A stretch of DNA of 64,000 nucleotides from Camelus dromedarius (lineage: Eukaryota), in the NCBI RefSeq assembly GCF_036321535.1, contig NC_087437.1, positions 67,768,001 to 67,832,000 of the forward strand, given 5' to 3'. A program made the translations under genes and the position numbers. Shown here in pieces: positions 1 through 13,760 of the stretch (positions are counted from its first letter, which is position 1; every line of letters begins with the position of its first letter). The notes beneath the pieces were generated by a model. It did not search any database. It had not been told where the DNA came from and saw only the letters and a program-made list of their open reading frames with translations.

Positions 1-2249
1 GACCCATACTATCCCTGTATCTTACATGAAGCTTCTTCACATATTTACTGCCTGGCCACGAAGATATTACAATGCTTCTTAAAATGGGCCTTCAATGAAT
101 GAAGCAAAGTAGAGTGGAAGATTTTGAAGGAAGATGTTTCCTTCAAGTTTGGATAAATTGGTTGGGTACAAATTTTGGAAGGCCGTGAAAGCTAGACCAA
201 GGAGGAAAGTTGGGTTCTGTTTGCTTGCTTGTTTGTTTTTTGATTTTTAGTGGGTCAAATATTTTGAGCAGAGAATGGTATTTAAATGCTAACAACAAAT
301 GCACAAAAAAGAATAAAACTTTACTAGAATGAAATGCACAGCTGTAAAGCAATCTTAGAATGGCTTTTAGATTTGTTGTGTAGAAAGTTAATAGGAAAAA
401 TAATAATGGAAAAAAATAAAAGAGGTTTTACAATACGTCTGGTTGTATCTCGGTCATGATAGCCTTTAAATTCAAGACTAATGGATGACTCAAGAGGCAA
501 TGTAATGATTCAAATAAGAAAGGAGAATTAGGTTAGTTAGGCTTAAGTTATCTAGAAACTACCAGACAGCTAGAAATTAACACCTTCTCTTAACTGAAAA
601 GCAAACTTTCTGCTTAAAAAGAAATAAGGAGAGCTATGAGTCACAAGGATTTCACGTTTCAGTTCTGTGATCAGTCTTCTGTCTTCAAGTGTTGGAAACC
701 ATCATTAAATCCTTGATCTGGTGACAATTAAGTAAATGGTGGCTGTTCTGAGGCTGTCTGGAGAGACAGCGTGGGGATGGCTCTTAGACAGGCATCAGTT
801 CTCTCCACCCCATCCACACAGACTGACACTGACTCTCAGTGACAGTCCAGAGGACAGCAGTGTTCACTGTGGCTCCAGGTGCTAGTTCTTGCTCTTCTCC
901 TTTAAAGTTCATTAAAGACAAAGAGGCATGTGAAAACCACAAAATGAAAAGGAAGAAGAGAAAGGCAAAATCTGTGCTAAAAGGGCAGATGGGAGATCCT
1001 CTCAAAGATGAATTTGTTATGAGAATCAGATTTATGGGTGAAGTCAGTAAAAGCCCACAAGGGGAATATGTAGTAAGAACATTGATAATAAACTCATTAG
1101 GAATGTCTCCAAAGAACGTCTGAGTAGCGATTCAGATTCTAAAGTTGCATGGGCATGATATTAGCTTCAGAGATAGAGCAATATGTAGGGCATTTGGGGA
1201 GTTACCAAGGGAAATTAGAAGACAGCTCCTGGAAGGAAATTGCTATAGGTAAACCAAGGATTGAGAATATGCACATCCAGTTTTGAGATTAAAAGCTAGT
1301 ACTGCAGTGTATTGTATCTGGTGTGATGCAGTCTTTAAAGTAATTTCCTTTATCCCAATACCTAAATGAAGTTTCTTATCTATGGCACTGATGACTGTGT
1401 ACTGGTCACAAGTCTTTGTAGATTAGCTTCAGATTTCTAGCATCTGCACTGATGTTTCTTTTTATTGATGAGAGAGTTAATTGCATAGAGGAATAGGAAA
1501 TTGGAAGAAAACCAGCATATTAACTAATATCAGGATACGGTATCATTTTTCTTGTCTGTTTGTATATTTTTAATGGATAAGACTGTAAAATAGAGAAAAA
1601 GAATTCTATAGCTATAGAGAAAAACCTCGATATTTTCAGTTTTGTAATTCCTGTTAAGTCTCTGCCTAGTTTAAGCTAATAATCACCTAACTTTCTTTTC
1701 TCATCATTCATTTTTCTCATTTTTGTTCCTATGTTAAAAATCTGTTTTCTTTCATTCTTTCTTGAAGCTTATACTTTACCCCACCTCCAAGAATTCTTAC
1801 CTCTCTGCCTTGCTTCTTTTTTCTTATTGCAACTTGCCTTCCAAAAAGGAAGTGCTTATTTAATTTGAAAATATTAGTAAAAATGAGTTAGAAGGGGGAA
1901 AATAGAATAGCAATTCCAGGACCACATGTTTTTTCTTCTTTGATTGGCTTCACTTAATACTTTTATGCTTTCACTAGGATCTTAGTTGCATCTGCTGTAA
2001 AATATGGTAACTATTCCCATAACTTTTCTTTTGAGACAAGCTACTCATGGCAACTTGCCAAAAATTCACCTCAAAATGTTTGGCTAAAGAATGCAGGGTA
2101 GAAATAACTCCCTGCCCACTTCTACTTTCATGTGTGCAGTAGGGCAAAGTTTATGTGTGTTACTGATCACATGTACTGTTTATATTGTGTCTTCTCTCTG
2201 CTGAGCCAAGCACTTTAAGTGTTTCACAAACATTCTCATTTTTTAGGAC

Positions 2250-2850
2250 TGTAGTAGACAAAATTCTGAAGATGTACCTCCAAAATTCTCATCCCTTATT
2301 ATTGAAAAAAAATGAATCTAGGTGCTGCTGTGAAGAGGCTTTTGAGATGGAATTAAGGTTACTAATCAACTGACCTTAAAACAGGAAGGTTATCTGGCTA
2401 AGATAATGCAATCTTGTGAGCTTTAAAACAGATGAGATGGGTAGAAGAGTTAGTCAGAGAGTTGTGGCAGAATAGGAACACAGAGGAGATATGAGGTAAA
2501 ACAGGAAATCAGAGAGATTCAAAGCATGAGGTGGAGTCTACTCACTGTTGCTGGCTTTGAAGATAGAGACGGGGCCATGAGCTAAGCCAGCCTCCAGAAG
2601 CTGAAAATGACCCCTGGCCAAAGGAGAGTATGTGGGCCTCCGTGCCAAAACAGCATGGAACTGAATTCAGCCAATTATCTGAGCTTGAAAGGGGATCCAT
2701 CTGCAGAATCTACAGAAAGGAGCACCTTGATTTTGGCCTTAGGAAGCCTGGGAAAGTTACATTGTGCCTGGATTTCTGACCTATAGAAATTGTAAAATAA
2801 TAAATGTTGTTGTTTTAATTGTTTGTGGTAATGTGTTACAGTGGCAGGAC
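2250..2850 (+). mobile_element. MaLR solo LTR (MLT1D/E/F-like)
   Basis: Begins tgtagtagac; contains MLT1-type motifs 'gatggaattaaggttactaatcaactgaccttaaa', 'gttgctggctttgaagat', 'ggaactgaattc', 'aataaatgttgttgtttta...tttgtggtaatgtgttacag'. Confidence 0.8.
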
Positions 2851-2869
2851 AGGATGAAATGAGTCAGAC

Positions 2870-2990
2870 AAGCAGAACATTTTTATTGAACAACTATTGT
2901 ATCCCAAGTATTGTTGCTAGCTACTAAAAGCGATAGAACAACAAAAGACAAAAACAGTCTTCGCCCTTCTATGCTTTTATTCTAGTGCGT
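2870..2990 (-). mobile_element. L2 3'-end fragment
   Basis: 'catttttattgaacaactattgtatcccaagtattgttgctag...cccttctatgcttttattctagtg' resembles the reverse-strand L2 tail. Confidence 0.55.
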
Positions 2991-3289
2991 AGGACTATGT
3001 GTATGTATATATATGGCTACACACATATATTTGTATATATCATGTCATTAGCTAGTGAAAATGTGTTTGGTGAGTGCTGAAAAGGGGAAAAGGATGGAAT
3101 AGAGTAACGTGAGTGGTAGTCCTTTGTGGATGGCTAGTGCAGGCCCTTATACTGTGCTTCCATTTTTATCTGAGAAACATGGTATGTTGGGTTAATTTAT
3201 TGAGTTGTGTCTAAAATGTCTTAACTTTTTAAACATGTGTACATATTTAAAATATCTCATCATCGATCAGAGAAGGGAAAACTCTTTTT

Positions 3290-3770
3290 TTAACATTTTT
3301 TAATTGAGTTATAGTCATTTTACAATGTTGCGTCAAATTCCAGTGTGGAGCACAATTTTTCAGTTATATATTCATTGTCACATTTTTTTTCCACTGTGAG
3401 TTACAAGATCTTGTATATATTTCCTTGTGCTATACAGTATAATCTTGTTTATTTATTCTACATATGCCTGTCAGTATCTACAAATTTTGAAATCCCAATC
3501 TATCCCTTCCCACCCCTCACCCCCTTGGCAACCACAAGTTTGTATTCTATGTCTATGACTCTGTTTCTGTTTTGTATTTATGTTCTTCTTCTTCTTCTTT
3601 TTTTTTTTAGATTCCACATATGAGCGATCTCATATGGTATTTTTCTTTCTCTTTCTGGCTTACTTCTCTTAGAATGACATCACCTGGGACATCCATGTTG
3701 CTGCAAATGGCGATATGTTGTCGGTTTTTATGGCTGAATAGTATTCCATTGTATAAATATACTAGATGTG
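3290..3770 (-). mobile_element. Young 5'-truncated L1 (3' UTR plus end of ORF2) with 12-bp TSD
   Basis: T-rich tail, L1 3' UTR, 'cttagaatgac...catccatgttgctgcaaatggc'; TSD aaaactcttttt at 3278-3289 and 3773-3784; closely matches the copy at 23298-23799. Confidence 0.9.
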
Positions 3771-5594
3771 GAAAAACTCTTTTTATTTCCTAAAGACTAT
3801 GCCACATTGAGATCTCATGGTCAAGCAGAGTGTTAAACTGGAGACTGTTACTCTGATCAGGGCATTCATAGTAATGCTAAATTTCAGGTTAGAATCCATA
3901 TTCATTTCATTTGGTGACATCCTCTCCTGTAATTTCTGGCATTAACTAAGCAGAATCATTTTTATTGTAGATAAAAGTGATATACATATACACATATATA
4001 TATACATATATATTTACCTATAATATATGAATATATAATAAATTCATTATATATTCATTTAAATTTAATGCTTCTGAGATTTTAAATTTTTGCTTGAAGA
4101 TCTTTTTTTCATACAAATGAAAGATAGTTCTATATCTCTCTATATATGTTCTCTCTCACTCTCTACATACGTATGTATGGATATACATATATATATGGCA
4201 CATATATGTATAAGCGTATATGAAGACAATCATCAGCTTCTGAAATGAACCCCTAACTTCAAAAGTGGTAAGATCTTATCTAAAATCTCTTTATCTAACT
4301 CTTCCAGTTTGAGGCAATATAAACTTTCTTCAACAAATTTTTCTCCTAAAACTGGCTCCCACTGTCAGGTTCTAGACTTACCACTAGTACCTTTGCTAGT
4401 ATTGTGAACACTTCAACAACTTTAGTATACAACACCCTTAGTCAAGAATTATGCTCTGGAAAGAAAAGTGAGATGATTTGAAATATGTAGAGATGAACAT
4501 CCTAAAACAAATCCATCAACTAAGCACTAGCTCTTAAAAGTTTAAACATTATCCTCATTCTATTTGTGTGGCTTGGCGTAAAGTTGATGATTGTGTTAAT
4601 TAAAATGCAGATATATCATATAGCAGGGATAAATAACTCACTATGAACAATGATTCATTGCCTTTGATTAACTTATAGGGTTACTTATGGAATTTAGAAA
4701 AGGTAAGATTTCAAAAAAGAAAAAAAAAACTATACCAACTATAATTACCAAAACTGCACAAATCTTAAGTGGAGAGCTCAACTGATTATTACACTTATAT
4801 GTACCCATGTAATACCAAGCAATAAAGGCAAAGAATATCTCTAGCATCTTAGGAAACTCTCATGTATGAGTTTTGCTTCAGAACAGGTATTTTTAAATAT
4901 AAATTGGAAGGAAGTGGTTGAGAAAAATGAGGAGAACAGGCTTGGCCATTGGTTTATGGATATGCAGGTATGAATCTCAGATGGAGAAAGAAGGAACCAA
5001 AGCAGCTGTTGCCTACTTCCCTATTCCGGAGTGGTAGGGAAGGACTTAAATAACAGAGGTAGAAGCATTTTGCAAAGATCACATAGTACGCTAATGAAAG
5101 ATATAAAACATCTCCAACTTGCAAATAGGTTGTGTCCTGAAACCTCATTTATAAATTCATCGTGGGAACTTGGAACTTACTTCCTTATAGAAGCAATGTC
5201 ATGAATGTCATAAATGATAATTGGGATCCCAGATTACTCATATAAACCTATATTAAGCATAATGCTTCTGAAACTTTGCACATTTAAAATAAAAAATAGG
5301 TCCTAATCCACAACACACATAAATTAAACAAAACAAAAATATGAATAATTATTATTTATCTTGATGTTGGTTCTTTAGAAAAGGTAGGTTTAATTAGAGG
5401 AGATACGTGACATTAATTTATTTAGGCTTTGAAAAGTTTTTAGGGGTATTTTCAAATACTTTAGACGATGTTTTTTCTTCATTTTATTTCTCTAGTTTTA
5501 CTCTGAAAATATCACTTCTCATTTCCCTGATACAGGTAAATCACTAACCTTAGGCCTTTTATTCATTTACCATTTATGACTAGTAATGAGTGCT

Positions 5595-8142
5595 TCAGGC
5601 AGAGAATTTAGTAAAAGGAGAGTACCCTTCTAAAGCTGGGTACTCTAACTTCTGTGGTCTCTGCCACAGTGCCCACGCCACGCTTTTACTCACATGGTAG
5701 CCCTGCTTGGTAGATGCCAGAGTTTTTGTCTGTTTCACTAGCATTTTTACCTTCTCAAAAGCAGCTTCCTGCTCTGATCCCCAGTCCCGCATATGCTCTT
5801 TCTTTACCAGGAGGTATAAAGGATGGGGGTACTATGCCTGGGAAATAAAAGTCCTCCAAACCCCCCCAAATCCCTGCAAAAACGTACACCTCTTTCATGT
5901 TCTGATGGGTTGGATAGGCTTGCGCCTTGTCAGTCACAGTTTCTGGGACAACGTGCATCTTACCTGATCAAATAATGTGAAAAACCTTTACAGCAGTGCC
6001 TGGACTTTGAATTTTCTATGTGTTCACCCCCATCCTCTCCCTCACAGATGTTCCAGTAAAATCTGCAGTGTCCTGCAGCAGAGACAAGTCTTCACGTGTT
6101 AACTGTCATCAGTGTAATGGACCTGTTTAACTGATGTGGGGAAGAAGAACTTCAACGTGTCCTGGATTACCATCCATGACATACTGTGGGGCTGTGTGGG
6201 TAGCCTTGGGGAAGCGTTTGCCCTTCCCATGTGAAGGCAAACTGATTTTGCAATTCAGTGGCTGGGAGGTTTACAGAATAAAGCATTTGACAAATCCAGT
6301 ACAGCATGGTCCACTCCTGGGTCCATGGCCAAGGTATCTAAGATGGTAGCAAAGTTGGGCACAGCCATGTGATGTGAGAACTACCTTGTTCAATTCTCAG
6401 TAGTCCAAGGTCACCTGCCATGAGCCATCTGACTTTTTCACCAGCCATGCCAAGCTGTTGAAAGCACTGTGGATGGACTGTACAATACCTACTGGATGCT
6501 GTTCTCTGATAGTTTCTCCTGTTTCCATGTGACCCTCAGGCAATTTATATTGTTTGACAGTTACCACTCTTTGTGGAGGGTGGTAGACTTATTGGTTCCC
6601 AGTTGGTGTATCCCTTCAGTACTGGTTTGATTTCTCCAATCCAGAGGCAGAATTCATGGATAGAGGTTTGCAGAGTTTGACTTTGTAAGATATCAGTGTC
6701 CAATATGTTCTCTGGTATTGAAGAGGTAAAAACCATGTATTCTCATGCCCAATTTTCAGTGTCAAAGGGACTTTCCTGACCAAAACTGTTTATCCTCTGT
6801 AGCCATTGATGGCACTGAGGGGTCCAGAAACCTTCTGAGGGTGACCATGTATTGGAATACATTCAGCTTAAGTATCAGCAAAGCCATCACCTTTTGTTTA
6901 TTTCAGTGGGACCAGTGAGTAGTGAGCTCAACATGAGGCCTCTAATCTCCAATGACCCTCACTTGGAGGTTCACTTGGCCTGCACCCTGTATCAGAGCTC
7001 TGGGAGGCATCCTATTCTAATAGGACCATATCCCTGAGGCCTCTGCTAGAGCATCAGGGGTGGTAGGGGAGGTCTGAACTCTTGTTCAGGTTTTAAGGCT
7101 TTCGGTGGGCCAACCAACAGTGTTGGGTTGCTGGTCTGTCTTTTCAGGTGAAGTCCCAACAGCACCAAGGTCAAAGCATATTTATTTCCAGGTTATTTTT
7201 ACCAGACCCTTCATAGCAGATTGGGATAGCTTTTTGGCTATATGAGTTCCCTCCGTCTTGAGTCTTTCCCACCTTAAACCTTTTTCCAGGATTTGTCAGT
7301 TTCCCCCAGACTAGTAATGGATTGCCTAACATCATAAATGTCTTGTTGGTCAGAGAAATTCCATCACACCCCATATCCCATCACCTCACTAACAAGCCTG
7401 GATGCTTTCCCTGGCCTTTTGCTGGAAATTGGCAGCTCTATCCACAAGCTCAGCAGGAGTATATTCTCTCATCATGAATGTTTCCTGAGTTGGGGGCTGC
7501 CCCACTGGCTGGGGTTGTGATTGCTGTGCTTCTGCTTTCCATTGTATTAGAGGTGGGAGGGCACAGGCTGTTTCATCTGTTTCACCGTCAATCACAACAT
7601 CTTCGTCTTTGCTCTCCTCACTTTTCCAGGGATTCCACCTCTTAGCGTCCCAGTCAGGCTTTGTCACAAATACTCGGACCTTAATCCTAGGCATCTTGTG
7701 CCGTCCCAATTTTATATAACAATACGCTAAAGTTTCCAACTTCTTATCCTGCTGTCCTGACTTGTCTGCCAGCCCTGAAGCGGCAGAGCAGAAGACATCC
7801 ACATGCCCTTCTCTAACCTCAGCTCTTCTTCCAGCTTTCCAACTTGGGCTTCAACCTCTGGTTGGATACCAGTGGCCAGCCAAATTGCCCACAGGAAAGG
7901 CCAGCCCACTGCTGCAGCACTTTTTTCTCTACTTTGTCACAGTGCCATTGTGCAGTCTTCAAACAAGTGGATCAGACCAGCAAGCATTTTAGGGGAGTCC
8001 TTGTTCATAATTTTTGGTCCACAAACATCTAATGGATAGGCCACTCCTCTCCACACAGAGGTCTATGGCCAACTCAGGATTTCCCTGGTTGATGCCTCTT
8101 CCCTAAGACTCATTTCTTCAGTCTCCTGACTGGCTCACCAAT
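5595..8142 (-). mobile_element. Decayed class III (ERVL-type) endogenous retrovirus internal region: gag-pro-RT remnants, 3'-truncated
   Basis: Minus-strand translation gives RT motifs DGSWQVTLDY*ELNKV (~6380-6430), HAVLDLSNAF (~6280-6310), QFAFTWEG..LPQGY (LPQG at 6203-6214) and YTDD (6105-6116); a broken protease motif AL-DT*AEC (~6860-6890); gag-like frames 7727-7909 and 7389-7802. Many stops and frameshifts. Confidence 0.9.
8123..8140 (-). other. Retroviral primer-binding site complementary to tRNA-Arg(ACG)
   Basis: Plus strand ctcctgactggctcacca matches the recalled tRNA-Arg(ACG) 3' end CTCCTGGCTGGCTCGCCA at 16/18 positions; it lies 2 nt from the LTR terminus. Confidence 0.85.
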
Positions 8143-8557
8143 TGTGGGTCTGAACCACTCCCCAGGAGAAATCTAAAACTGGCTACTGCACAAGGAGGGC
8201 AGGGAGAGACCAAAGAAGGAGGCAAACCACTCTAGATTGGTAGATTGCATGTTTAATAGGTGAGGAAACTTACCGAACTTGTCTTGGGTGGCTGCACCAG
8301 GAGTAGATCTCCACACCTGCCCACCAGAATCTTAAAAGGTTCTGTAGAGGCTTGAACTGAGTTCAGTCTTGTATCCAGTCCAGATGGTCTCAACATCACC
8401 TGGCTTTCCTAAGGCTACATCCTTGAAAATGGCTCTGGCTGTGGGAAAATGGGCCGAATGTAGTTTCCAAGGAGAGAGTTGGGGGTGAGGAGCCTCTGAT
8501 CAGGTCTGGCTCTCAGGTTAACCTGCGATCATGTCCTTTTGATGACCTCCTTCAGCA
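8143..8557 (-). mobile_element. 5' LTR of the ERVL-type provirus (tentatively MER70-like)
   Basis: TG...CA termini, adjacent PBS, and clear similarity to solo LTRs at 37007 and 47542 (shared 'ttgagaccatctg', 'agattctgg', 'gagatctac'). Confidence 0.85.
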
Positions 8558-8559
8558 AT

Positions 8560-10990
8560 GTGTATCATCATATATTTAGCCAGTTCTTTTATGATAAACA
8601 TTTTCTCTAACCACTTTTTCATTGTTATTAACAGTGCAATAATGAACATTCTTGTGTTTGTTTTCTGGGGCACTTTTGCTAGTGTGTCTGTAGAAAACTG
8701 TTCTTGAAAGAGGACATGCTGAGCTAAGGTATGTGCATTTGAATTTTTGATAGACTTAACTAAATATCCGTCCAAAAAGACTGTGCTAATTAACACTCTC
8801 CCCAATAGTATAGGAGAGTATCTATTTCTAGCCCAGACTTTTGCCAACACTATTATAATTTTTTAATCATTTCAATCTAATAAAGCAATGAATGTCTAAA
8901 ATGATTTATTTAAATATGAATAAGGCTGAGTAACTTTTCATATGTGTACATTCTATATAAACAATTTTTTTGTGCTCTATGCATTTTTATTGTTGATGAT
9001 TCATTTTTTTTCTTTTTGATATTTAAAATCTTTCTATATTAAGGAAAGTTTGCCTGTGTCATAGAGTTGCAAATAATTTCCCCATTTATTTATGTTACTT
9101 AATTTTTTCCTACGGACATTTCTAATCTTTATGAAGCCATGTTCAGTATTCGTCCCCACTCTATATTAAAAACAGTCTCCTATGTTTTATTTTAGTATTT
9201 TTATTCTCTTGTTATATTTAAAATTTTAGACCTTAACTGCATCTCAAACTTGTTTTAGTTTAAGTACTGAACCAAGGATACATCTGAATTTCACTTTGCT
9301 GGTACGAGTGCTGGTCACTAGTACCATAAAAAAAAAGTTAGTAATATGTATTTTCTCTCACTGATTTGTAATACATTTAACATATATTAAATTTTTATAT
9401 TTTTATCTGAAGATTGGAGAATATTCCATTGATTTGTATAGCCCCAGCCAGTAATAAAAATATTTTGTTGATATTGACTTATTTTTACTTTTATTAATTT
9501 TAAAGGTAGTCTATTCTAATTTTTTTAAGAAAAATTTCTTGATTATCTCTCCATGTTTTTAAATTTAGACTAAATTTAGTATCAACTTTTTTCAAGTTCC
9601 AAAAAAATCCTGTTACTATTTCTATTAAGATCCATTAAATTTCTAGACAAATTTGAGGATGAATAGTTTTACAGTACTAAGCTTTTCTGATTTTTTTGCT
9701 CCACAAATACAGTATAATTTTTCATTCATCTTCCCTGTGTCCTTTGATTATTTTTTCCATATTATTATTAAAAATGCCATGCAAGTTTATTCCTAGTTGT
9801 ATATTTTTGTTGCTATAACTTAATGGAATCTTTTCTTATGTTATATTTTATAACAAAAAGCCATTGGTATTTGTATATTAATTTTGTGACCAAGTCACCT
9901 TACTAAATTCATATTTTTCATATAGATTTTTTTCAGTGATTTCTCATAATTTCCCCAGTTGTAAAATTATATTAGTAGCAAATAACAAGCATAACATTTT
10001 CTATTCAGTATTTTTTGTATATTTAATTCTCCAGCATCTACATATAGACTAGAACTTTCAAAGTATTGTTAAATAACTGTATTGAGTGTAGATATCCATA
10101 TAGTTTTCCTAACTAAAGAAAATCTTTGTTTTTTTTACAATTTGACACAGTGGTGGCTGTTTGCTAATTTGGTCACATTTATAATGGCAAGGAGTTATAT
10201 CTTTGGTATTATTAAGTATTTTCATCAGGAATAAATGTTTAATTCTGTTAAATGTCCTTGCAGAAGCTAGTGAAATGGTCTTTTTTTATTTTGACTTATT
10301 AATATTGAAGTCAAATAAATTAATTTCCTTATTTTAAAACATTCTTGCTCTGTAAACAGTACATGGTTATAGTTATTTGTTATTTTCATATATTGCATGA
10401 TTCTTTGTGCTAATATTTAATGTAACATTTCTGCATACATATTCTTGGGCAGTATTTAGTTTTCTTTTTCTTTTGAAATGTGTTGCTTTTGTTAGGTTTG
10501 AGAGATGACTGGTATATGGGTTTTATGAAATCTATTTGAAAGCTTTCCTTTTTGTCCATGAAGGTGTTTCTCCAAGTGTGTTACATATGAATAATCAGTA
10601 TTAAAACTGCCTAGTGGTGTTTTATTTTATTTGTTCTTAATTATGGTGACTGTTGTTTATCTTTTCTATTTGTTTTTCTTTCAACAAGCTAGCCCTTGAA
10701 TTTTCTTTTCTTCTCTTTGTTTTTTACCTATCCTTTGTGATACATTTGTCAATGTCCAATTTATCATGTTTCCCTCCTTTTGCATTCCTGGCTTGTGATT
10801 TTTATCTTCTTGCACTGAGTACTTAATTTCTTTTCATTTTGTTTATTGATGTCATATGTAAAGATACAAATCTTACGGGCACAAATTGAGTTTCAACTCA
10901 TGGTTTTGATATACAATATTTTTACTACTGCTGTTTTCTAGATATTCCATTATCTCAGTCTTGATTTCCTTTCTGAACTGGAAGTTAAAA
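8560..10990 (-). mobile_element. Ancient L1 (L1M-type) ORF2 remnant
   Basis: T-rich plus strand with degenerate L1 motifs such as 'gcaataatgaacattcttgtg', 'gagttgcaaataatttccc', 'ctagaactttcaaagtattgttaaata'. Confidence 0.7.
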
Positions 10991-10997
10991 ATTTCAT

Positions 10998-12228
10998 CTT
11001 TTTTTGTGTATGTATGTATATATATTGAAATATAGTCAGTTGACAATGTTGTGTCAATTTCTGGTGTACAGCATAATGCTTCAGTCATAAATGAGCATGC
11101 ATATATTTGTTTTCATATTCTTTTCCACCATAAGTAACTAAAGATATTGAATATAGTTCCCTGTGCTATACAGAAGAAACTTGTTGTTTGTCTATTTTAC
11201 ATATAGTAGTATCTGTAAATCTTGAACTCACAATTTAGCCCTTCCTACCCTCTCTCCTCTCTGGTAACTATAAGACTGTAAGTTTGTTTTCTATGTCTGT
11301 GAGTCTCTTTCTGTTTTGAAAGTAAGGTTGTCTTTTTTTTTTTTTTTTTTAGATTCCACATATAAGTGATATCATATGGTATTTTTCTTTCTCTTTCTGA
11401 CTTACTTCACTTAGAATGACCTTCTCCAAGTCCATCCATGTTGCTGCAAATGGCATTATTTTATTATTTTTTATGGCTGGTAGTAGTCCATTTTGTAAAT
11501 ATACCACAAGTGCTTTATCCAGTCATCTGTCGATGGACAATTAGGTTGTTTCTGTGCCTTGGCTATTGTAAATAGTGCTGCTATGAACATTGGGGTACAT
11601 GTATCTTTTTGAATTAAGGTTCCCTCTGGATTTATGCCCAGCAGTGGGATTGCTGGATCATATGGTAAGTCTATTTTTAGTCTTTTAAGGAATTTCCATA
11701 CTGTTTTCCATAACTGCTGCACCAAACTACATTCCCACCAGCAGTGTAGGAGGGTTCCCTTTTCTCCACACCCTCTCCAGCATTTATCATTTGTGGACTT
11801 TTGAATGATGGCCATTCTGACTGGTATGAGGTGATACTGCATTGTAGTTTTGATTTACATTTCTCTAATAATTAGTGATATTGAGCATCTTTTCACATGC
11901 CTATTGGCCATTTGTATATCTTCATTGGAGAATTGCTTGTTTAGGTCTTCTGCCCATTTTTGGATTGGGTTGTTTGTTTATTATTAAATTGTACGAGCTG
12001 TTTATATATTCTGGAAGTTAAGCCCTTGTCAGTCTCATGTTTTGCAAATATTTTCTCCCATTCTGTAGTTTGTCTTATTGTTTTGCTTATAGTTTCCTTT
12101 GGTGTGCAAAAGCTTATAAGTTTAATTAGGTCCCATTTGTTTATTTTTGCTTTTATTTCTATTGCCTGGATAGACTGCCCTAGGAGAACATTGCTGAGAT
12201 TTATGTCAGATAATGTTTTACCTATGTT
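10998..12228 (-). mobile_element. Young L1 3' fragment (~1.2 kb; ORF2 C-terminus plus 3' UTR)
   Basis: ORF 11471-11842 '[19 protein letters not shown]...[10 protein letters not shown]...[14 protein letters not shown]' is the L1 ORF2 cysteine-rich C-terminus. Confidence 0.95.
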
Positions 12229-12229
12229 T

Positions 12230-13760
12230 GTGGGTAATTTTATTTTTGTTGCTGTTGTTTTACTGTATTATATTGTAATATGTCAGAAAATGTTATCTGC
12301 ACCATTTCAGCATTTTAGATTTGAATTTGTGGTAGTGTTTCTAGATTAGTATATAGTAAACTTTCATAAAAGTCCATTAGGGATATCATATCCTATTTAT
12401 CAGAGATTTTATTTTGTAATATCATATTAATATTGTACTATTCATATCATATTAATATTGTACTATTCTGATCATTCCATATTTTTATTGTGAGCTGAGA
12501 AAAGTAAGTTAAAATGTCTATGTGAGTTAAAAAGTGAGTTAAAATTACTATTTCTCTATTTTTCATTTCTCCTTGTGTCTCTTGCAGTCTTGGCTTTGTG
12601 TTTTAATGTTATGTTAATTTGTGGCTTAAAGAATGATGACAGCAATATTCTACCTGTTAATTATGTTCTTTACTATTGAAACACTCTTCTTTGTCACATT
12701 TAATACTTTGGTTCCTCACTCAGACTTGTTTGATGTGACTATGAACATATCAGCTTTCCTGGCAGTAGCATTTGCCTGGTTTATATTCATCATTCTTTTA
12801 CTTTGAATGTTTGGATTCATTTATCTTATATACATTTATTACATATGACCTATAGCTTTGTTTTTGGTTAGTACAAACTTAGTTTACATTTTTATAGTAG
12901 GGTTTATCTCAAATTACGTTTACCAACATTATATTTTACCTTAATTGACAATTATTTTGTTTTTAAGTATATTTTAACATGCCTTACTGTATTCCTTTTA
13001 CATTCTGCCAATGATCCGTGTTTCCTACCTTCCATTGCCACTCCATCAACTTGAAAATTCTGTAGTATTTTTTCTTATTGCCTCTGTTGATGAGTATGTT
13101 TATAGTTTAAATAATATACTAACGTCTTTATTTCATACTTTTCCATTTTAAAAGTAAAGCATTATACATTAAATTTTTAATCTAAATGATGAGGAAATTA
13201 GTTCGTACTCTCACCTTTTCCCTACCCCTAACCTTTGACTTTTATTGTGCTGGAATTTCAGTCTAATCCATTGAAGTTATATTGTTGTTTTCAAATGGTG
13301 TATTTTTTCTCTCAGTGTCTTAGCATCTTTTTTCTTTTCTTTAAACATCACTTACACTTTTATTTTGCTATAACTCAATGCTTCCATAATCCATGGTATT
13401 CAGTTTTTACTCCCAATGTTTTCATATTATGGTGTCTTCATTCCCAAGTTCTTTGATTCAATCTTTGGTTAGACTCCTCTAGTAAGCTGATTTTAAGAAT
13501 TTATATTTGCTGTATTTCTGATTTGTTTAAGAATGTCAGTCTTCACTTTTATATGTTCAAAATGATTTAAATGAGTATAAAATCTTGATTTATAATTTTT
13601 TTCTTTATCCACTCAAAATTCAGAACTTACAGATATTATTCTTACATCTAGTTGGAAGTAAATGTTAGTGTAAAAAATTCTGAGGATGTTTTTTCAATCT
13701 TGATAAGTTAACTGCTTTATTTCCCTATCAGAGTGCTATAGGAGTTTTTCTTTAAATTGA
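12230..13760 (-). mobile_element. Ancient L1 remnant, probably continuing the element interrupted at 10998
   Basis: Degenerate L1 motifs ('cagctttcc...tagcatttgcctggtttatattc...cattcttttacttt'). Confidence 0.55.

Noticed and set aside
839..1123. 94-aa Lys-rich ORF
   Set aside because: GTG start, no recognisable homology and no exon context.
5586..5592. Possible left ERV boundary (atgag followed by tg, versus atgtg at 8558-8562)
   Set aside because: Only a 4/5 match with no LTR-end sequence; chance is likely.
7171..7909. ERV gag as a domesticated gene
   Set aside because: Split across three short frames, with stops and frameshifts in pro and pol.
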